Shown here in pieces: positions 29,335-32,000 of a stretch of 32,000 bases of DNA. Origin of the DNA: Dickeya dadantii NCPPB 898 (GTDB taxonomy: Bacteria; Pseudomonadota; Gammaproteobacteria; Enterobacterales; Enterobacteriaceae); NCBI RefSeq assembly GCF_000406145.1, contig NZ_CM001976.1, positions 1,177,263 to 1,209,262 of the forward strand, read 5' to 3'. How positions within the stretch are numbered: position 1 is the first letter of the stretch; the number at the start of each line of letters is the position of its first letter. The notes beneath the pieces are model-generated. The model was not told where the DNA came from. It worked only from the letters and a program-made list of their open reading frames with translations, and ran no database searches. The position numbers and the translations under genes were made by a program.

Positions 29335-29503
29335 GAATCACAGTGTTAATTAGTTTTTCTGGCTTGTCTTTATTTGTAAAGATTTTGATGAGGCAAAAAG
29401 ATATTTATTTTATCTTTTTGTTTTTAAAGGGGATTAATGAATGAGTGTAGTGAAGGAAGGTGCAGTGATGAGCACCTTCTGATAATTTTTGAGCAAATAA
29501 TAA

Positions 29504-29647
29504 TTAGCGCTTTTTCTTTTTCCTACCCTGCACCGCGTTGAAACGTGGGTTGCTCTTACAGATGACATAGACACGCCCGCGCCGTTTGACCACGATACAA
29601 TCTTTGTGACGCGTTTTGGCGCTGCGAAGAGAACTTAATACCTGCAT
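29504..29647 (-). CDS. rpmJ2: Ribosomal protein L36 paralog, zinc-independent (C-minus) type (YkgO/RpmJ2)
   Basis: Not in the ORF track because it is under 60 aa. Manual translation gives [47 protein letters not shown] (47 aa), which matches E. coli YkgO (..[19 protein letters not shown]). It starts 15 nt downstream of rpmE2. Confidence 0.85.
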   Translation of the reverse strand: MQVLSSLRSAKTRHKDCIVVKRRGRVYVICKSNPRFNAVQGRKKKKR

Positions 29648-29662
29648 GGATAATTCCCCAGA

Positions 29663-29914
29663 TTACGATTTCAGAAAACGGCCGAAACGCTGTTGGAAAC
29701 GCGCAGCGCTACCTTCTTTGGCGTATTCTTTCTGCTTGCCGGTGTAATAAGGATGAGAAGCGGAAGAAACGTCGATAGTGACGTAAGGATAGACTTCGCC
29801 TTCGTGCTCATAGGTTCGATCGGTTTTGATCGTGGAGCCGATTTTATAAAATACATTCTCACTGGTATCGTGGAACAGCACAGTGCGGTAGTTGGGATGG
29901 ATACCCGCTTTCAT
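29663..29914 (-). CDS. rpmE2: Ribosomal protein L31 type B, zinc-independent (YkgM/RpmE2)
   Basis: 83-aa [21 protein letters not shown]...[13 protein letters not shown]...[21 protein letters not shown]...RFQQRFGRF matches E. coli YkgM. It lacks the CxxC zinc motif of L31 type A. Confidence 0.9.
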   Translation of the reverse strand: MKAGIHPNYRTVLFHDTSENVFYKIGSTIKTDRTYEHEGEVYPYVTIDVSSASHPYYTGKQKEYAKEGSAARFQQRFGRFLKS

Positions 29915-29923
29915 GTTGACCTC

Positions 29924-29945
29924 ATTGTTATGTTATAACATATCT
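29924..29945 (-). promoter_or_regulatory. Zur box overlapping the rpmE2-rpmJ2 promoter
   Basis: On the minus strand, TGTTATAACATAACA (29940..29926) matches 14 of 15 positions of the Zur core TGTTATAWTATAACA and contains the perfect 12-bp palindrome ATGTTATAACAT (29930..29941). A candidate promoter, TTGATC-17 bp-CAGAAT, lies immediately upstream on the minus strand. ykgM-ykgO is a classic Zur target. Confidence 0.7.
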
Positions 29946-30044
29946 ATATTCTGCGCTTTTTTGACGTTATGATCAACGTTACGATTTACAGGGAGATAGC
30001 GAGGTGGTGGGGGAGAGGGGAGCGCGCGTCATATGCTTGTTGCC

Positions 30045-30078
30045 TAAAAAGAAAAAGGCCGCACAGGCGGCCTTTTAG
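30045..30078 (-). terminator. Rho-independent terminator of acrB
   Basis: On the minus strand, AAAAGGCCGC-CTGT-GCGGCCTTTT is followed by TCTTTTT, 16 nt after the acrB stop. Confidence 0.75.
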
Positions 30079-30093
30079 AAGCGATATAATGCG

Positions 30094-32000
30094 TTAGTGG
30101 CTGGTCTGGGTGTGCTCGTTATGTGAGTCGTCCGCTTCCTTTTTCTTGCCGAAGCGGCGGCGTACCACCACAAAGAACACCGGCACGAAGTAGATAGCCA
30201 GTACGGTAGCGGTGATCATCCCGCCCATTACACCGGTACCGACCGCGTTCTGTGCGCCAGAGCCTGCGCCGGTGCTGATCACCAGCGGTACGACGCCCAG
30301 AATGAACGCCAGCGATGTCATCAGAATGGGGCGCAGACGCATACGCACAGCATCCAGCGTCGCTTCCACCAGTCCTTTCCCTTCTTTCTCCATCAGGTCC
30401 TTGGCGAACTCGACGATCAGAATGGCGTTCTTGGCGGATAAACCGATGGTTGTCAGCAGGCCAACCTTAAAGTAGACATCGTTTTCCAGACCGCGCAGGC
30501 CGGCGGCCATCACCGCACCAAATACACCCAGCGGTACCACCAGCATAACAGAGAAGGGAATTGACCAGCTTTCATACAACGCGGCCAGACACAGGAACAC
30601 CACGATAGCGGAGATAATAATCAACGCCGGCGCCTGGTTACCGGCCAACCGTTCCTGATAGGACATACCGGTCCAGTCGAAGCCGATTCCCGGCGGTAAC
30701 TGCGCCGCCAGTTCCTCCATCAGCGCCATAGCTTCACCGGTACTCTTGCCGGGCGCGGCTTCACCGACCAATTCTACTGCCGGCAGGCCGTTGTAACGTT
30801 CCAGACGTGGTGAACCGTATTCCCAGCGCTCGGAAGCGAAAGCCGAGAAGGGGACCATCTGACCGGAGGTGCCGCGGACATACCATTTCTGGATATCGTT
30901 GGGCAACATACGGAATTTGGCCTCAGCCTGGACGTACACTTTTTTCACCCTGCCGCGGTCAATAAAGTCATTGACGTAGGTTCCCCCCAGCGCGGTGGAC
31001 AGCGTGGCGTTGATGGTGGCAATCGATACTCCAAGCGATTCCGCTTTTTCCTGATCGATCTCAAGCCGGTATTGCGGCATGTCTTCCATCCCGTTGGGAC
31101 GAACACGCACCAGCGTATCGGGATGCTGCGCAATCATTCCCAGCAGTTGGTTACGGGCAGCCATCAGCTTATCGTGGCCGAGGTTGTTCTGATCGATCAG
31201 TTCAAAGTCAAAACCACTGGCGGTACCTAGTTCGACGATCGCCGGTATGTTGAACGGGATGACCAGCGCCTCCTTGATTTGCGAGAAGGCGCCAAAGGCA
31301 CGACCGATAATTGCATCAACTTTGTTGGCCGCTCCAGAGCGCTCATCCCAGTCTTTGAGGCTGGCGAAGGCGATACCCATGTTCTGACCACGACCGGCGA
31401 AGCCAAAGCCGTTAACGGTAAAGACCGATTTTACGTTTTCTTTTTCGTGTTGCAGGTAGTAATCATTCACCTGATCAAGCACTTTCTGGGTGCTTTCCTG
31501 AGTGGCGCCTACCGGCAACTGCACCATCGTCAGCAATACGCCCTGGTCTTCCTGCGGCAGGAAGGAGCTTGGCAGACGGGTAAACATCAGACCCAGACCG
31601 GCAACAACGATCAGATACACCACAACATAACGACCAGTGCTGCGCAGGATATTAGCGACACTATTGGTGTAGTGATGGGTACTCTTGTCGAAAAGACGGT
31701 TGAACCAGCCGAAAAAGCCTTTTTTCTCGCCATGGTTGGTGATCGGTTTCAGGATGGTCGCACACAGCGCCGGTGTCAGGATCAACGCAACCAGTACCGA
31801 CAACACCATGGAAGATACGATAGTGACGGAGAACTGGCGGTAGATTGCGCCGGTCGAACCGCCGGAAAACGCCATCGGTATGAATACCGCAGACAGCACC
31901 AGAGCGATACCGACCAACGCGCCCTGAATCTGCCCCATGGACTTGCGGGTGGCTTCTTTGGGCGATAATCCCTCTTCCGCCATCACGCGTTCCACGTTCT
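30094..32000 (-). CDS. acrB: RND multidrug efflux pump inner-membrane subunit, AcrB-type, partial (C-terminal ~635 codons; N-terminus beyond the right edge)
   Basis: The frame is open to the window edge, and the track's Met at 31995 is internal. RND/HAE1 sequence is present throughout (e.g. [55 protein letters not shown]). The acrB symbol rests on synteny next to tomB-hha. Confidence 0.85.
   Translation of the reverse strand, partial: NVERVMAEEGLSPKEATRKSMGQIQGALVGIALVLSAVFIPMAFSGGSTGAIYRQFSVTIVSSMVLSVLVALILTPALCATILKPITNHGEKKGFFGWFNRLFDKSTHHYTNSVANILRSTGRYVVVYLIVVAGLGLMFTRLPSSFLPQEDQGVLLTMVQLPVGATQESTQKVLDQVNDYYLQHEKENVKSVFTVNGFGFAGRGQNMGIAFASLKDWDERSGAANKVDAIIGRAFGAFSQIKEALVIPFNIPAIVELGTASGFDFELIDQNNLGHDKLMAARNQLLGMIAQHPDTLVRVRPNGMEDMPQYRLEIDQEKAESLGVSIATINATLSTALGGTYVNDFIDRGRVKKVYVQAEAKFRMLPNDIQKWYVRGTSGQMVPFSAFASERWEYGSPRLERYNGLPAVELVGEAAPGKSTGEAMALMEELAAQLPPGIGFDWTGMSYQERLAGNQAPALIIISAIVVFLCLAALYESWSIPFSVMLVVPLGVFGAVMAAGLRGLENDVYFKVGLLTTIGLSAKNAILIVEFAKDLMEKEGKGLVEATLDAVRMRLRPILMTSLAFILGVVPLVISTGAGSGAQNAVGTGVMGGMITATVLAIYFVPVFFVVVRRRFGKKKEADDSHNEHTQTSH

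Noticed and set aside
1-32000. Window-wide search for a novel defence or mobile system (CRISPR repeats, transposase, integrase or recombinase ORFs, toxin-antitoxin pairs other than hha-tomB, retron or DGR-like structure, abrupt composition islands)
   Set aside because: No regularly spaced repeats, IS termini or mobility genes were found. Every ORF above about 100 aa that is not an antisense artefact matches a conserved housekeeping family in conserved enterobacterial order. The only AT-rich accessory-like DNA is the short hha-tomB flanks reported above.

Overview
This window is almost entirely conserved core chromosome of an Enterobacterales genome. The protein sequences give a Pectobacteriaceae or Dickeya-like impression, which I cannot verify without a search. 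Gene order, with minus-strand genes marked (-): cyoE-D-C-B-A (-), ampG-yajG (-), bolA, tig, clpP-clpX, lon, hupB, ppiD, comEA-like ybaV, queC (-), a cdsH-like PLP enzyme (-) divergent from an Lrp-family regulator (decR/ybaO), mdlA-mdlB, glnK-amtB, tesB (-), ybaY, atl/ybaZ (-), the 4.5S RNA gene ffs, hha-tomB (-), the zinc-independent ribosomal paralogs rpmE2-rpmJ2 (ykgM/ykgO, -) behind a Zur box, and the 3' part of acrB (-). Two genes are missing from the ORF track and were found by hand: rpmJ2 (47 aa) and ffs, which is covered by a spurious 126-aa ORF. I also located sigma32 promoters for clpP and lon, a sigma54 promoter for glnK, a sigma70 promoter plus RNase P leader for ffs, and several rho-independent terminators. 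I see no transposases, integrases, CRISPR arrays, phage genes or defence-island content, and I do not find a convincing novel multi-gene system. The least explained DNA is the ~0.5 kb AT-rich stretch between tomB and rpmJ2 (28997-29503) and the 285 bp between ffs and hha. Smaller points worth a second look are an Lrp-consensus palindrome in the cdsH/decR divergent promoter, a 15-bp tandem repeat that starts at the ampG stop codon, a 23-bp perfect palindrome between yajG and ampG, and phased repeats upstream of tig. The many very long antisense ORFs (up to 648 aa) are codon-register artefacts.
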